Numbered from the stretch's first letter, positions 22,316 through 34,367 are shown. The stretch: 64,000 nucleotides of DNA from Alphaproteobacteria bacterium (GCA_965221125.1 CBDCRW010000004.1:320001-384000); one strand, 5' to 3'. The notes: generated by a model from the sequence alone, not told the origin. Made by a program: numbers and translations.

Positions 22316-23713
22316 TTACGCGGTCATTGCGCGCAGGCCGTCCTCGAAGAAGAATTTTTGCTCGCCGAAGGCGGGCTCCAGCTGGTCGAGCCACGTGGCC
22401 TTCGGATCGAAGCGGGCGAAGAAGGGCCGGCCGACCCAGTCGGGATCGCGGCCCTGCAGGAAGCGCAGCACAAGGACCTTCTCGCCGGCGACCTCTTGTA
22501 CGCCGAGCACCTCCACCTTGCCTGGCGTGGCGCTCATGCTCGGCCCCCGCACCGTGCGGCCCAGGCCCGAGACCTGCGCGACCGCACCCCGGAAGACCTC
22601 CCAGCAGCGCGCCAGCGGCACCTCGAAGTAGTGCCGGGGTCCGGTGTCCCGCTCCACGAACATGTAGTAGGGGATGACGCCGAGGCGCACCTGCTCGCGC
22701 CACATCCGCGCCCAGATGTCGGACTCGTTGTTGATGTTGGCGAGCAGCGGCGCCTGGCTGCGGATGACCGCGCCGGTGCTGCGGATGCGGCGGATCGCCT
22801 CCTGCACCACCTCGGTGCGCATCTCCTGCCAGTGGTTGAAGTGGGCCATGATCGCGACATGCCGGCCGGAGCGGACGAGGTCCTCCATCAGGCGCAGCAG
22901 GTCGTCCGCATCCTCGTCGTTGACGAAGCGGTGCGGCCAGAAGGTGAGCGCCTTGGTGCCGACCCGGATGTTCTGCACGTGGGCCAGCGCGGGGTCGTCG
23001 ATGAAGGCCCGCATGTAGCCTTCCATCACCCGGGTCTTCATGATCATCGGGTCGCCGCCCGTGAACAGGACGTCCGAGATATTCGGATGGTCGCCGAGAT
23101 AACGGTGCATGTTGACCGCATCCTTTGACGCGATCTTCAGCTCCTTATCGCCCACGAATTGCGCCCAGCGGAAGCAGAAGGTGCAGTAGGCGTGACAGGT
23201 CTGACCCTGGCTCGGGAAGAACAGCATAGTCTCGCGATACTTGTGCTGGAGTCCTTCCAGAGTCTCGCCTTCTTCCTGCGGAATGTTGAGCTCGCGCTGA
23301 CCGGCCGGATGCGGGTTGAGCTTAGTGCGGATATCGGTCGCCGCGCGCTCGATTTCCTGCGGCGTGGCGTCGCGCGTCATGAGGTCGGCGATGCGGTTGA
23401 AGTCGCCCTCCTCCAGCATGCCCCGCAGCGGGAACACCAGCCGGTAGACCGGATCGTCCGGCACGCGGTCCCAATCGATCAGGTTCTCGATGACGTAGCT
23501 GTTGGTCCGGAAAGGCAGCACGGCGCTGACGACTTTCATGGCGAACAAGTCGTCGTCCGTGACGTTTCCGTACTGGGAAATCGAGTCGAGATTGCGGCGC
23601 GTCAGCGCCTTGAATTTCGTGGTCTGTCGCGCGGACTCTTTCAGATCGGGCGGACGGTTCGCGCTCGGCCATTCTTGCAGGGCCGCCGTCTGCGGGATCG
23701 CTTGTGCGCTCAC
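22316..23713 (-). CDS. KamA-family radical SAM/PLP aminomutase (lysine 2,3-aminomutase-like)
   Basis: GLQHKYRET, CHAYCTFCFRW, FTGGDPM, HFNH, SATPGK; GGAGG RBS. Confidence 0.9.
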   Translation of the reverse strand: MSAQAIPQTAALQEWPSANRPPDLKESARQTTKFKALTRRNLDSISQYGNVTDDDLFAMKVVSAVLPFRTNSYVIENLIDWDRVPDDPVYRLVFPLRGMLEEGDFNRIADLMTRDATPQEIERAATDIRTKLNPHPAGQRELNIPQEEGETLEGLQHKYRETMLFFPSQGQTCHAYCTFCFRWAQFVGDKELKIASKDAVNMHRYLGDHPNISDVLFTGGDPMIMKTRVMEGYMRAFIDDPALAHVQNIRVGTKALTFWPHRFVNDEDADDLLRLMEDLVRSGRHVAIMAHFNHWQEMRTEVVQEAIRRIRSTGAVIRSQAPLLANINNESDIWARMWREQVRLGVIPYYMFVERDTGPRHYFEVPLARCWEVFRGAVAQVSGLGRTVRGPSMSATPGKVEVLGVQEVAGEKVLVLRFLQGRDPDWVGRPFFARFDPKATWLDQLEPAFGEQKFFFEDGLRAMTA

Positions 23714-23918
23714 GATGTTATCCCTCCAAGAAAATTGGAAATTCCCTGTTCCACCAACCCTATATCATATCCCGTCCAAATAGTGAAGGTGACACCCCGC
23801 AAGGGCGGTGTAGGGTTGCCTTTCCGGCATTGCCGGGTCACACAATTCTTCGCTGCCACGACCTGCGCCTGACCGGGACGCCGGGTGCGCGGGTACGGTC
23901 TGAGGGGAGGGTTTCAAA

Positions 23919-25358
23919 ATGCCGCGAGCGAACGAAATCTGCCGCATGGACGCCGTGACGCTGGCGGCGCGGGTGCGGGCCGGGGAGCTGTCTGCGGTCG
24001 AGGTCGCGGACGCGGTCATCGCCCACATGGAGCAGGTGGAGCCCCACGTACACGCCTTCTGCACGCCGGCGCCGGACTATGCCCGCGCCGCCGCCCAGCG
24101 GGTGGATGCGACGATCGCGGCGGGCGAGGACCCGGGGCCGCTGGCCGGCGTGCCGGTCGGCATCAAGGATCTCGTCTGCACCAAGGACCTGCCCACCGTC
24201 TCGGGCTCCATCGCCTACGAAGGCTTCATGGCGGAGGAGGACGACGTGGTGGTCGAGCGCCTCAGGCACGCAGGCGCGGTCATCCTCGGCAAGACCAACG
24301 TGCCGGAGTTCGGCTACAGCGGCGCCAGCCACAACGCCGTGTTCGAGGCGACGCGCAACCCGTGGAACCTGGAGCGTGCGCCCGGCGGCTCCAGCGCAGG
24401 CTCCGGCGCCGCCGTGGCGGCGGGCATGGGCCCCATCGCCGTCGGAAGCGACGGCGGCGGCTCGGTGCGCATCCCGGCGTCCTTCAGCGGGCTGGTGGGC
24501 GTGAAGGCATCGATGGGGCGGGTGCCGCTCTACCCCGGCTGCCGGGACGAGCGCTATCCCGGCGTCTCCAGCTGGGAAGGGATCGAGCACATCGGCCCGC
24601 TATCGCGGACGGTGGCGGATTCGGCGCTCATGCTCTCGGTCATGGCCGGCCCCGACGACCGCGACCGCCACTCGCTGCCGGCCGCCGACTTCGACTGGAC
24701 GGACGCGGGCGGCGACCTCAAGGGCTGCCGCGTCGCCTACAGCGCCGACTGGGGCTATGCCGCCGTCGATCCCGAGGTGCGCGAGATCGTGGGCGAGGCC
24801 GCCCGTGTGTTCGAGAGCGACCTCGGCTGCACCGTGGAGGAGGCCGATCCCGGCTGGGAGGACCCCTACTTCACGTTCTGGGGCCTGGTGGCGGCGGAGA
24901 CCGACCTTGCCGGCATGCGCAGGCTGGTGGCCGAGCACGGCTCGCAAATGACGCCTCATCTGGTGGATTTTATTACCCGGCCGTGGACGGCGGAGGACCT
25001 GACCAACGCGGTGATCGGGCGGAAGGCGCTGGTCAACAAGATGTGGCGCTTCATGCGGAACTACGATTTTCTGCTGACGCCCACGCTCGCCTGCCCGCCC
25101 TTCGGGCTCTACATGCAGGGGCCTGAGATCATCGAGGGGCGCCTGGTGCCGCCCTTCGCCTGGCTCGCCTTCACCTTCCCCATGAACATGACGGGCCAGC
25201 CTGCGGCGAGCGTGCCGGCCGGGTGGACGGCGGAAGGACTCCCGGTCGGGCTGCAGATCGTGGGGCGCCACCTGGACGATCCGATGGTGCTGCGGGCGGC
25301 TGCGGCTTTCGAGGCCGCGCGGCCCTGGCGCGACCGCTGGCCGGCGTTGGTGTCCTAG
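23919..25358 (+). CDS. Amidase signature family protein
   Basis: IKD, GKTNVPEFG, PGGSSAGS, GSDGGGSVRIPAS. Confidence 0.92.
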   Translation: MPRANEICRMDAVTLAARVRAGELSAVEVADAVIAHMEQVEPHVHAFCTPAPDYARAAAQRVDATIAAGEDPGPLAGVPVGIKDLVCTKDLPTVSGSIAYEGFMAEEDDVVVERLRHAGAVILGKTNVPEFGYSGASHNAVFEATRNPWNLERAPGGSSAGSGAAVAAGMGPIAVGSDGGGSVRIPASFSGLVGVKASMGRVPLYPGCRDERYPGVSSWEGIEHIGPLSRTVADSALMLSVMAGPDDRDRHSLPAADFDWTDAGGDLKGCRVAYSADWGYAAVDPEVREIVGEAARVFESDLGCTVEEADPGWEDPYFTFWGLVAAETDLAGMRRLVAEHGSQMTPHLVDFITRPWTAEDLTNAVIGRKALVNKMWRFMRNYDFLLTPTLACPPFGLYMQGPEIIEGRLVPPFAWLAFTFPMNMTGQPAASVPAGWTAEGLPVGLQIVGRHLDDPMVLRAAAAFEAARPWRDRWPALVS

Positions 25359-25385
25359 CCGGGCAGCGCGCGCCCGGCGCAAGAA

Positions 25386-25925
25386 CTACTCGGCCGCGGC
25401 CGGCACCCGCACGATACCCTCTTCGGTCAGCTTGTGGCCGCGGCGCTCGGCTTCTTCCAGCACGTCGTCGCGCCATTGCACGCGGCCAGGGTCGGTGGCG
25501 CCGACGATGACGAAGAGCAGACCCTCCTCGTCGCCCACGTTGCGGAAGCCCCGCATCACGTGGGGCGGGCACGAGGCCACGTCCCAGGGGTCGAGGATGA
25601 CGTAGCGGCTCTCCTCGTCGTCGCCCCAGAAAATCTTCCACTTGCCCTTGAGGGGCATGAAGACCTCGTTGGTCTCGTGATCGTGGTGCAGCGTGCCCTT
25701 GCCCGGTGCGCAGCGCACGACGGCGACGTTGAAGTCGCGGTTGTCGGTGATCGCGGCCTTCTGTGTCGCATCCTCGCCGACGCCACGGCCGATGATCTGG
25801 TAGATCTCGCGCTCGCAGCCGGGGATCACCGCGTCCAGCATGGGCAGCGAGCTGCCTTCCAGCTTGTGGAAGCGCGCGACGCGCGTCTCTTCGAACTCGT
25901 CTACCGTGATGATGTCATCGCTCAT
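25386..25925 (-). CDS. Cupin domain protein
   Basis: LHHDHETNEVF and PPHVMRGFRN cupin motifs; GGAGG RBS before MSDDII. Confidence 0.82.
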   Translation of the reverse strand: MSDDIITVDEFEETRVARFHKLEGSSLPMLDAVIPGCEREIYQIIGRGVGEDATQKAAITDNRDFNVAVVRCAPGKGTLHHDHETNEVFMPLKGKWKIFWGDDEESRYVILDPWDVASCPPHVMRGFRNVGDEEGLLFVIVGATDPGRVQWRDDVLEEAERRGHKLTEEGIVRVPAAAE

Positions 25926-25948
25926 CGTTCGGCCTCCCTTAGCCGTTC

Positions 25949-27433
<1,485 letters not shown>

Positions 27434-27530
27434 CTAGCCTCGGCCCAAGACTAGCAAATCTCGCCGCTTCATCCGAACGGATCGAGGCAGCGGGCGCCGT
27501 GCTCGTAAATCTCAGCGATACCGTGCACGT

Positions 27531-28016
27531 TTATTCCTGGGGGTCCGCACGAGGACCGCGGGAGCGGTATTTTCCCGGCATTTGCGGGCTGTTGGCCGGG
27601 TTCGTGTCGTGCTTCGCCAGCCGCGTCACCACGCCCGCGCCCACGAGCGGGACGAGCGCCGCCTCCAGCGCATCCGCCCTGTCCTTCGCGTAGACCTCCG
27701 CGCCGCCCACGTGGATCGAGAACGATTTCACATACTTCGCCTGCTTGGCGGGGTCGGCGATCACCGCCCTGGTCCAGGCGTAGAGGGGGTAGTGCTCGAT
27801 GCCCTGCGCCTCGGCCTCGGCGCAGTAGCCGGCGAAGGCGTCGTACTGGCAGACGAGCGCGGCGTCGTGCGCCGCGAGAATATCGCGCAGGGGTCTGAGC
27901 CCCGCATGATCCGCCCCCGTCCGCGCGGCCTCGGCGGCGTTCTCCGCCAAATCGACGCGAAGCTGGTGCTGCCATTGCTCCGCTGCTGCCCCGGTAGCAG
28001 ACGGCTCTTCGGTCAC
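27531..28016 (-). CDS. Hypothetical protein
   Basis: Coding-like codon bias, GGAGGA RBS before GTG; C-terminal HDTNPANSPQMP. Confidence 0.7.
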   Translation of the reverse strand: MTEEPSATGAAAEQWQHQLRVDLAENAAEAARTGADHAGLRPLRDILAAHDAALVCQYDAFAGYCAEAEAQGIEHYPLYAWTRAVIADPAKQAKYVKSFSIHVGGAEVYAKDRADALEAALVPLVGAGVVTRLAKHDTNPANSPQMPGKYRSRGPRADPQE

Positions 28017-28121
28017 GGCCCGTTCCTCCGTGTACGATTGCGTCTCAATTTGGCACAGTGCGCCCACCCTCCAAGGGTGCCCCACCCATTATAGGGTGTT
28101 CCGCCGCTCTGGTGCCTGCCT

Positions 28122-28958
28122 GTGACCTCTCTCCGCTTTCGGCCCCACCATGCGCTCGGCCTTGCGGCCGCGCTCGCCTTCGCGCTCTTCCCCATCTTCT
28201 GGATGGTGTCGACCTCGCTCAAGCCCTTCGGCGAGTGGGCGGCAGTGCCGCAGCCCTGGGTGCCGCGCGATCTGACGCTGGGCAACTACGCGCCCCTCTA
28301 CATGCGCTACGAGGAGAGCTACGTCACCGCGCCTCGCACCGGACTCGGCGCCATTCTCGATTCCGGCATCATCGCCGGCGGTACCACCGCGCTGGCGCTC
28401 GTCATCGGGCTGCTCGCGGCGATCGGCTTCTCGCGCTACCGCGCGGGCAGCAACCGTCTCGCCATCGGCATTCTCGCCGTCCGCGCGGTGCCGCCGATCA
28501 CGCTCGCGATCCCGGCGCTCTTCCTCTTCACCTCGTTCGGCCTGCGCGACACCCACATCGGCATCATCCTCGTCCACACCGCCTTCGGCGTGCCCTTCGC
28601 CTTCTGGATGCTGAAGAGTTTTATTGACGAGGTGCCGCCCGCCATCGAGGAAGCCGGTATGATGGACGGCATGAGCCGGCTGCGCGCGCACCTCGTCATC
28701 ACCGTGCCGATGATCCGGGGCGGCCTCGCGGTCACCGGCCTGTTCATCTTCATCCTCACCTGGAACGAGTTCCTGCTGACGGTCACGCTGAGCGACAAGC
28801 TCATCGTCACGGTGCCGATCTACCTGCACCATCACACCGGCGTCTACGGCGTGCAGGCGGCGCTCGCGGTCGCGGCCGCGCTCCCCATCGTCTTCTTCGG
28901 CTTCATGATTCAGAAGCACCTTGCGCGGGCGTTCACGCTGGGCGCGATCAAGCAGTAG
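28122..28958 (+). CDS. Carbohydrate ABC transporter permease (MalG type)
   Basis: FPIFWMVSTSLK, EAA loop IEEAGMMDG, TWNEFL. Confidence 0.9.
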   Translation: MTSLRFRPHHALGLAAALAFALFPIFWMVSTSLKPFGEWAAVPQPWVPRDLTLGNYAPLYMRYEESYVTAPRTGLGAILDSGIIAGGTTALALVIGLLAAIGFSRYRAGSNRLAIGILAVRAVPPITLAIPALFLFTSFGLRDTHIGIILVHTAFGVPFAFWMLKSFIDEVPPAIEEAGMMDGMSRLRAHLVITVPMIRGGLAVTGLFIFILTWNEFLLTVTLSDKLIVTVPIYLHHHTGVYGVQAALAVAAALPIVFFGFMIQKHLARAFTLGAIKQ

Positions 28959-28966
28959 GCGGCGGG

Positions 28967-30289
28967 TCAGCCGAGGGCGGCGTCGACTTCGGTCAGGATC
29001 GCGTCGAGGATTTCGACGGCGTCCTGGATCTGATCCGCGTCGATGCAGAGCGGCGGGCCGATGAGGATGCCGTTAAGACAGGTCCGCGCTTCCAGCCCGT
29101 GCTCCAGCAGCCGGCGCTTGATGAGGTCGTTGACCGCGGCGTGGTTGGGCGCGGTGGAGAAGGGCGCGTCGGTTTCGGGGTCGGCCGTCAGCTCGATGGC
29201 GCCCAGCAGACCGAGCGAGCGCACGTCCGAGATGCACGGATGCTCCAGCTCGAGGCTTGCAAGCTCTGCCGCCAGAAAGTCCCCCATCTTTGCCGCGTTC
29301 TCGATCAGCCCGTCGTTCTCGTAGGCGTCGAGCGCGGCGCAGGCCGCGGCGCAGGCGATGGGGTTGCCGGTCTGCGTGGACCCCAGCGGGAACCACTCGT
29401 CGTCGAAGTTGGCGGCGACGTGGGGCCGCATCAGCACGGCGCCCATGGGGATGTAGCCCGACGTGATGCCCTTGGAGACCGCCATCAGGTCCGGCACCAC
29501 GTCCCAGTGCTCGATGCCGAACCAGCGCCCGGTGCGGCCGAAGCCGCAGATCACCTCGTCCGCGATCATCAGGATGCCGTGGCGGTCGCAGATCTCGCGC
29601 AGGACGGGGAAGTACTCGGGCGGCGGCTTGATCCCGCCGCTGGCGGCCGTCATCGGCTCGACGATGATCGCGGCGATCTGCCCCGGCCCCTCGCGCTCGA
29701 TCACTTCTTCCACGCTCTTCGCGCACTGCGCCTCGCAGCCGGGATAGGTGAGCGAGAAGGGGCAGCGGTGGCAGTAGGGGTCGAGGAAGCGGACGATGTT
29801 GGGGTGATCGTAGCCGACGGCAAGCCGCCTCGGATCGCCGCTCGCCGACATCGAGCCCGAGGTGGTGCCGTGATAGGAGCGGTACTTGGCGAGGATCTTG
29901 CGCCGCCCGGTTACGAGGCGCGCGATCATCATGGCGATCTCGGTGGCCTCGCTGCCGCTGCCGGTGAAGAACGCGGTCTGGATGTCGCCGGGCGCGACCT
30001 CGGCGAGCTTGCGGCCGAGCCGCTCGCGCGCGGCCGTGGTGTGGTGCGGGCCGATGTAGCAGAGCTTGCCGGCCTGCTCCTGGATCGCCGCGATCACCTT
30101 GGGATGCTGGTAGCCGAGATTGACGTTCACCAGCTGCGACGAGAAGTCGAGGTAGCGCTTGCCTGCCGTATCGTAGAAGTAGGCGCCCTCGCCGCTCTCC
30201 ATCTCGATCACGGTGTCCACCGCGTTCTGCGCGGCCCAGGGGATGATGTCGTAGCGCCGGTTCGCGCCGGCCGTCGTCGCCTCGGTCAT
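28967..30289 (-). CDS. Class III PLP aminotransferase
   Basis: YLDFSSQL, SYHGTT, ADEVICGFGRTG, SKGITSGY; GGAGGA RBS. Confidence 0.92.
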   Translation of the reverse strand: MTEATTAGANRRYDIIPWAAQNAVDTVIEMESGEGAYFYDTAGKRYLDFSSQLVNVNLGYQHPKVIAAIQEQAGKLCYIGPHHTTAARERLGRKLAEVAPGDIQTAFFTGSGSEATEIAMMIARLVTGRRKILAKYRSYHGTTSGSMSASGDPRRLAVGYDHPNIVRFLDPYCHRCPFSLTYPGCEAQCAKSVEEVIEREGPGQIAAIIVEPMTAASGGIKPPPEYFPVLREICDRHGILMIADEVICGFGRTGRWFGIEHWDVVPDLMAVSKGITSGYIPMGAVLMRPHVAANFDDEWFPLGSTQTGNPIACAAACAALDAYENDGLIENAAKMGDFLAAELASLELEHPCISDVRSLGLLGAIELTADPETDAPFSTAPNHAAVNDLIKRRLLEHGLEARTCLNGILIGPPLCIDADQIQDAVEILDAILTEVDAALG

Positions 30290-30335
30290 GTCTTCCTCCT
30301 GCGCGGTTTTGCGCCCTCCTGCACCCACCTGCGGG

Positions 30336-30683
30336 CTAGCGCGCGGCCACCACCATGATCTCGACCGTGAACGCAGGCGTCGCGAGCTTGCTTTCGACGC
30401 AGGCCCGGCAGGGCGGGTTCTCCTTGTCCACCCAGGGGTCCCACACGCTGTTCATCTCGTTGAAGGTCGAGATGTCCGAGAGCCAGACGTTGGCGGTAAG
30501 CAGCTTGTCCTTGGACGAGCCCGCCTTCTCCAACAGGGCCTCGATCTTGGCGAGGATCTGGCGGGTCTGGCCGGCGACGTCCTGGCTGGTGTCGTCCGCC
30601 ACCTGGCCGGCGAGGTAGACGCGGTCGCCGTGCACCACGGCCTGGCTCATGCGGGGGCCGACGTCGAAGCGCTGGATCGTCAT
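30336..30683 (-). CDS. RidA/YoaB family protein
   Basis: RMSQAVVH, YLAGQVA, PCRACVE. Confidence 0.9.
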   Translation of the reverse strand: MTIQRFDVGPRMSQAVVHGDRVYLAGQVADDTSQDVAGQTRQILAKIEALLEKAGSSKDKLLTANVWLSDISTFNEMNSVWDPWVDKENPPCRACVESKLATPAFTVEIMVVAAR

Positions 30684-30741
30684 GTCTGGTCTCCGTTTCC
30701 TGTGGTTGGTCGTTGGCGTGATGGTAGCCGGCGGCGCGCCG

Positions 30742-32034
30742 TCACGCACTGGCGCGGGCGCAGAAATCCCGCGCTGCGTCGGTGACGGCCCGGATCGTCC
30801 GGTACTCGGCACTATTCACGAGCAGCTCCCGGCCGAGCAGCAGGGCAGGGCGCTCGCAGGCGGCGCGGCGGTCGGGATCGTCGATCAATTCGAAATCGAT
30901 GTTGTGGGCGATGCCGAGAATTCGGCGAATCATCTTGGCGGCGCCGAACTGGATCGTGTCGGTGAGCAGGTCTGCGATCGCGGCGTCTCGCGCTTGCTCC
31001 AGAGAGGCCTCGCCCTCCGCTCCCTCGAAGAGGGCTGCCGGGTAGGCGTCGCCCGTGCGCTCGGCCCAGAGTGCGCCGTAGCGCTGGGCGAAGGCGTTCC
31101 AGAACGTCTCGACCGTCTCCAGCACCCAGACCTTGTAAGCGGCGCGGTCGTCCGGCTCGGTCGCGTGGCCGTCCTGGCTGAAGTAGTTGAGCAGCAGGTT
31201 GCCGACGAAGGCGCCGGTGTCGAACCCCATCGGTCCGTAGAAGGCGAACTCGGGGTCGATCACCCGGGTGTCGTGCTCCGTCACCATGATCGAGCCGGTG
31301 TGCAGGTCGCCGTGGATCAGCGCTTCGGCGTTCCCCATGAACTTGCACTTGATGCCGGAGACGGCGCGTTTCAGCGGCGCATCGGCGCGCACGGCGGCGG
31401 CGAGGTCGTCGAGCTGCGGCGAGGTCCACCAGTTGTTCTCGTGCACCATGTAGGGCTCGGTGAAGATCAGGTCCTCGGTGATGTTGCAGAGCGCCGTGTT
31501 GCCGCAGAAGACCGCCACGCGCGCCTTCTTCTCGGCCGCGTCCATGCCGAGGTCCGAGGTGAAGAACAGCGTCCGCGCCATGTATTCGGCCATGTCGGTA
31601 GCCGCGCGCGGATAGCGGACGCCCTGGATCATGCCGCGCCGCATGATGATGTGGGGCTCCAGCAGCTCCATCACCGTCAGCATCAGCACCCGGTCGAAAC
31701 GGTAGACGGCAGGCGTGAGTCCCGGCGCGTGGCGGCCGTGCTCGACCAGCGCCTCGTGCTCGAAGAACGCGCGGTCGAGCGGCAGCGGCCAGCTCTCGCC
31801 CACCAGCCGCACGTAGGGCAGCGCCTGCTTGACGCAGAGCCCGCCGTCGGGGCCGCGCACGATGAAGACGAGGTTGAGATTGCCGTCGCCGACCTCGTCC
31901 ACCTGCCACGCGTCCGGCCCGCCGCCCAGGCGCTCGCGGAGCGCGGGCAGCCCCGCGAGATAGGGCGGGAGCGTGTCGACGTCGAGGGCCCTGTAGCCCT
32001 CGGGCACCGCTATGGCGGTCTTGTCCGAACTCAC
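30742..32034 (-). CDS. mtnK: S-methyl-5-thioribose kinase
   Basis: EVGDGNLNLVF, KQALPYVR, HGDLHTGS, IDPEFAFYGP. Confidence 0.95.
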   Translation of the reverse strand: MSSDKTAIAVPEGYRALDVDTLPPYLAGLPALRERLGGGPDAWQVDEVGDGNLNLVFIVRGPDGGLCVKQALPYVRLVGESWPLPLDRAFFEHEALVEHGRHAPGLTPAVYRFDRVLMLTVMELLEPHIIMRRGMIQGVRYPRAATDMAEYMARTLFFTSDLGMDAAEKKARVAVFCGNTALCNITEDLIFTEPYMVHENNWWTSPQLDDLAAAVRADAPLKRAVSGIKCKFMGNAEALIHGDLHTGSIMVTEHDTRVIDPEFAFYGPMGFDTGAFVGNLLLNYFSQDGHATEPDDRAAYKVWVLETVETFWNAFAQRYGALWAERTGDAYPAALFEGAEGEASLEQARDAAIADLLTDTIQFGAAKMIRRILGIAHNIDFELIDDPDRRAACERPALLLGRELLVNSAEYRTIRAVTDAARDFCARASA

Positions 32035-32180
32035 GTCGCGGCCGATCCCTGCCGTTGGCGCGCTTGACCATAATCGATCCGCGCGGCGCCGCGAAGGCGT
32101 TGCCGCCATAACGCCGCGGGGTGGTTGCAACCCGCGACATGGGGTACGAGTGCGCTCTCGATCCTCCGCCGAGTTCCTCC

Positions 32181-34367
32181 ATGCCCGCTCCCGCCTCCAC
32201 GCCCCCTGTCGCGGCCCGCAAGCCTGCCACGTCGACGCTGCACGGGATCGCCCGCAGCGACGACTACGCCTGGCTCAAGGATCCCGACTGGCAGCGGGTC
32301 ATGCGCGAGCCCGACGCGCTCGACCCGCAAATCCGCGCCTACCTGGAGGCCGAGAACGCGTACACGGACGCCTTCCTCGCGCCCCACGAGGCGCTGAGGG
32401 AGGCGCTCTACGCCGAGATGCGCGGGCGCATGAAGGAGGACGAGTCGTCGGTGCCCGCGCCCGATGGGGACTGGGCCTACTACGTCCGCTACGTCGAAGG
32501 CGGCGAGCACCCGGTCTACTGCCGCGCCCCGCGCCACGACGAAACGACGGAGGTGCTGCTGCTCGACGGCAACCGCGAGGCCGAGGGCGAGGCCTATTTC
32601 AGGGTCGGCGACTGCGAGCACAGCCCCGACCACCGCCGCCTCGCCTACACCCTCGACCTCAACGGCTCGGAGCGCTACCGGCTCTTCGTCCGCGATATCG
32701 CCTCCGGCGCGGTCATCGACGGGCCCATCGAGGACGCCCACGGCGAAGCCATCTGGGCGGCCGACGGCGAGACGGTGTTCTACACCGTGCTCGACGAGAA
32801 CCACCGCCCCTGGCAGGTGCGCCGCCACCGGATCGGCGCCGCTGGCACGGACCCGGTGGTCTACGAAGAATCCGACCCCGGCTTCTTCCTCCGGCTCGGC
32901 GAGTCCGAGAGCAGGCGCTTCGTCCTGATTTCGGCCCACGACCACACGACCTCCGAGGTTCGCCTGATCGAGGCCGCGGCGCCGGAGCCCGAACCCCGTC
33001 TCGTCGCCGCCCGCGCGCGCGGCATCGAGTACGACGTCGCTTGTCGGGGCGATCTGCTCTACATCCTGACCAACGCCGACGGCGCGACCGACTTCAAGAT
33101 CGTGACCGCGCCGCTTGACGCGCCGGGGCGCGAGGGCTGGCGCGACTGGCTCCCGCACGAGCCGGGCACCTACGTGCGCACGCAGCGTCTCTTCGCCGGC
33201 CATCACGTGCGGCTTGAGCGCGTGGGCGGCCTGCCCCGCATCGTCGTCACCGACCTGGAGAGCGGCGCGGCCCACACCATCGCCTTCGACGAGGAGGCCT
33301 ACGACCTTTCTCTCCTGCCCGGCTACGAGTTCGAGACCGAGATGCTCCGCTTCGTCTACAGCTCGATGACGACGCCGCGCCAGACCTTCGACTACGACAT
33401 GCGCGCGCGCACCCGGACGCTGCGCAAGACCCAGGAGGTGCCGAGCGGGCACGAGCCCGCCGATTACGTCACCCGCCGGCTCACGGCCGTGAGCCACGAC
33501 GGCGCCCGCGTGCCGGTCTCGCTCCTCCATCGCCGCACGACCCCGCTCGACGGCTCCGCGCCGCTCCTCCTCTACGGCTACGGCTCCTACGGCCACGCGA
33601 TCCCGGCCGCGTTCTCCACCAACCGGCTCAGCCTCGTGGACCGCGGCTTCGTCTACGCCATCGCCCACATCCGGGGCGGCTCGGACTGCGGCTACGGCTG
33701 GTATCTGGACGGCAAGCGCGCGAAGAAGACCAACACCTTCGCCGACTTCATCGCCGCCGCCGAGCACCTGATCGCAGACGGCTACACGGCGAAGGGGCGG
33801 ATCGCGGCCCACGGCGGCAGCGCCGGCGGCATGCTGATGGGGGCGGTCGCCAACATGCGGCCCGATCTCTTCGCCAGCATCGTCGCCGAGGTGCCCTTCG
33901 TCGACGTGCTCAACACCATGTGCGATGCGGACCTGCCGCTGACGCCGCCGGAGTGGCCGGAGTGGGGCAACCCCATCGCGGACGAGGACGCCTACCGGAC
34001 CATCGCGGCCTATGCGCCCTACGAGAACGTGCGCGCCCAAGCTTACCCGGCGATCTTCGCGACCGCAGGGCTCACCGACCCGCGCGTGACCTACTGGGAG
34101 CCGGCGAAGTGGGTGGCGAAGCTGCGCCGCCTCGAGACCTGCGACAAGCCGCTGCTGCTGCACACCAACATGGAGGCCGGCCACGGCGGCGCCTCCGGCC
34201 GCTTCCGCCGGCTGGTCGAGGTGGCGATGGCCTATGCGTTCGTCCTCGCCGTCGCAGGGCGGGCGTATGGGGGAGAATCCCTCAAACCAGCGGCATCACC
34301 TCGCGGGCGAAGCGTTCCATCGCGCCGCGCCGGCTCGCGGCGGGGCGGCCCGGCTGCGCGGTGTTGA
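32181..34367 (+). CDS. ptrB: Oligopeptidase B (S9A family)
   Basis: DDYAWL, YGYGSYG, GGSAGG, DPRVTYWEPAKW, GHGG; 3' end overlaps convergent gene by 86 bp. Confidence 0.93.
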   Translation: MPAPASTPPVAARKPATSTLHGIARSDDYAWLKDPDWQRVMREPDALDPQIRAYLEAENAYTDAFLAPHEALREALYAEMRGRMKEDESSVPAPDGDWAYYVRYVEGGEHPVYCRAPRHDETTEVLLLDGNREAEGEAYFRVGDCEHSPDHRRLAYTLDLNGSERYRLFVRDIASGAVIDGPIEDAHGEAIWAADGETVFYTVLDENHRPWQVRRHRIGAAGTDPVVYEESDPGFFLRLGESESRRFVLISAHDHTTSEVRLIEAAAPEPEPRLVAARARGIEYDVACRGDLLYILTNADGATDFKIVTAPLDAPGREGWRDWLPHEPGTYVRTQRLFAGHHVRLERVGGLPRIVVTDLESGAAHTIAFDEEAYDLSLLPGYEFETEMLRFVYSSMTTPRQTFDYDMRARTRTLRKTQEVPSGHEPADYVTRRLTAVSHDGARVPVSLLHRRTTPLDGSAPLLLYGYGSYGHAIPAAFSTNRLSLVDRGFVYAIAHIRGGSDCGYGWYLDGKRAKKTNTFADFIAAAEHLIADGYTAKGRIAAHGGSAGGMLMGAVANMRPDLFASIVAEVPFVDVLNTMCDADLPLTPPEWPEWGNPIADEDAYRTIAAYAPYENVRAQAYPAIFATAGLTDPRVTYWEPAKWVAKLRRLETCDKPLLLHTNMEAGHGGASGRFRRLVEVAMAYAFVLAVAGRAYGGESLKPAASPRGRSVPSRRAGSRRGGPAARC

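Noticed and set aside
23795-23809. 15-bp match (ACCGCCCTTGCGGGG) shared in reverse with ~59021-59035
   Set aside because: GC-rich and short; does not extend, may be chance
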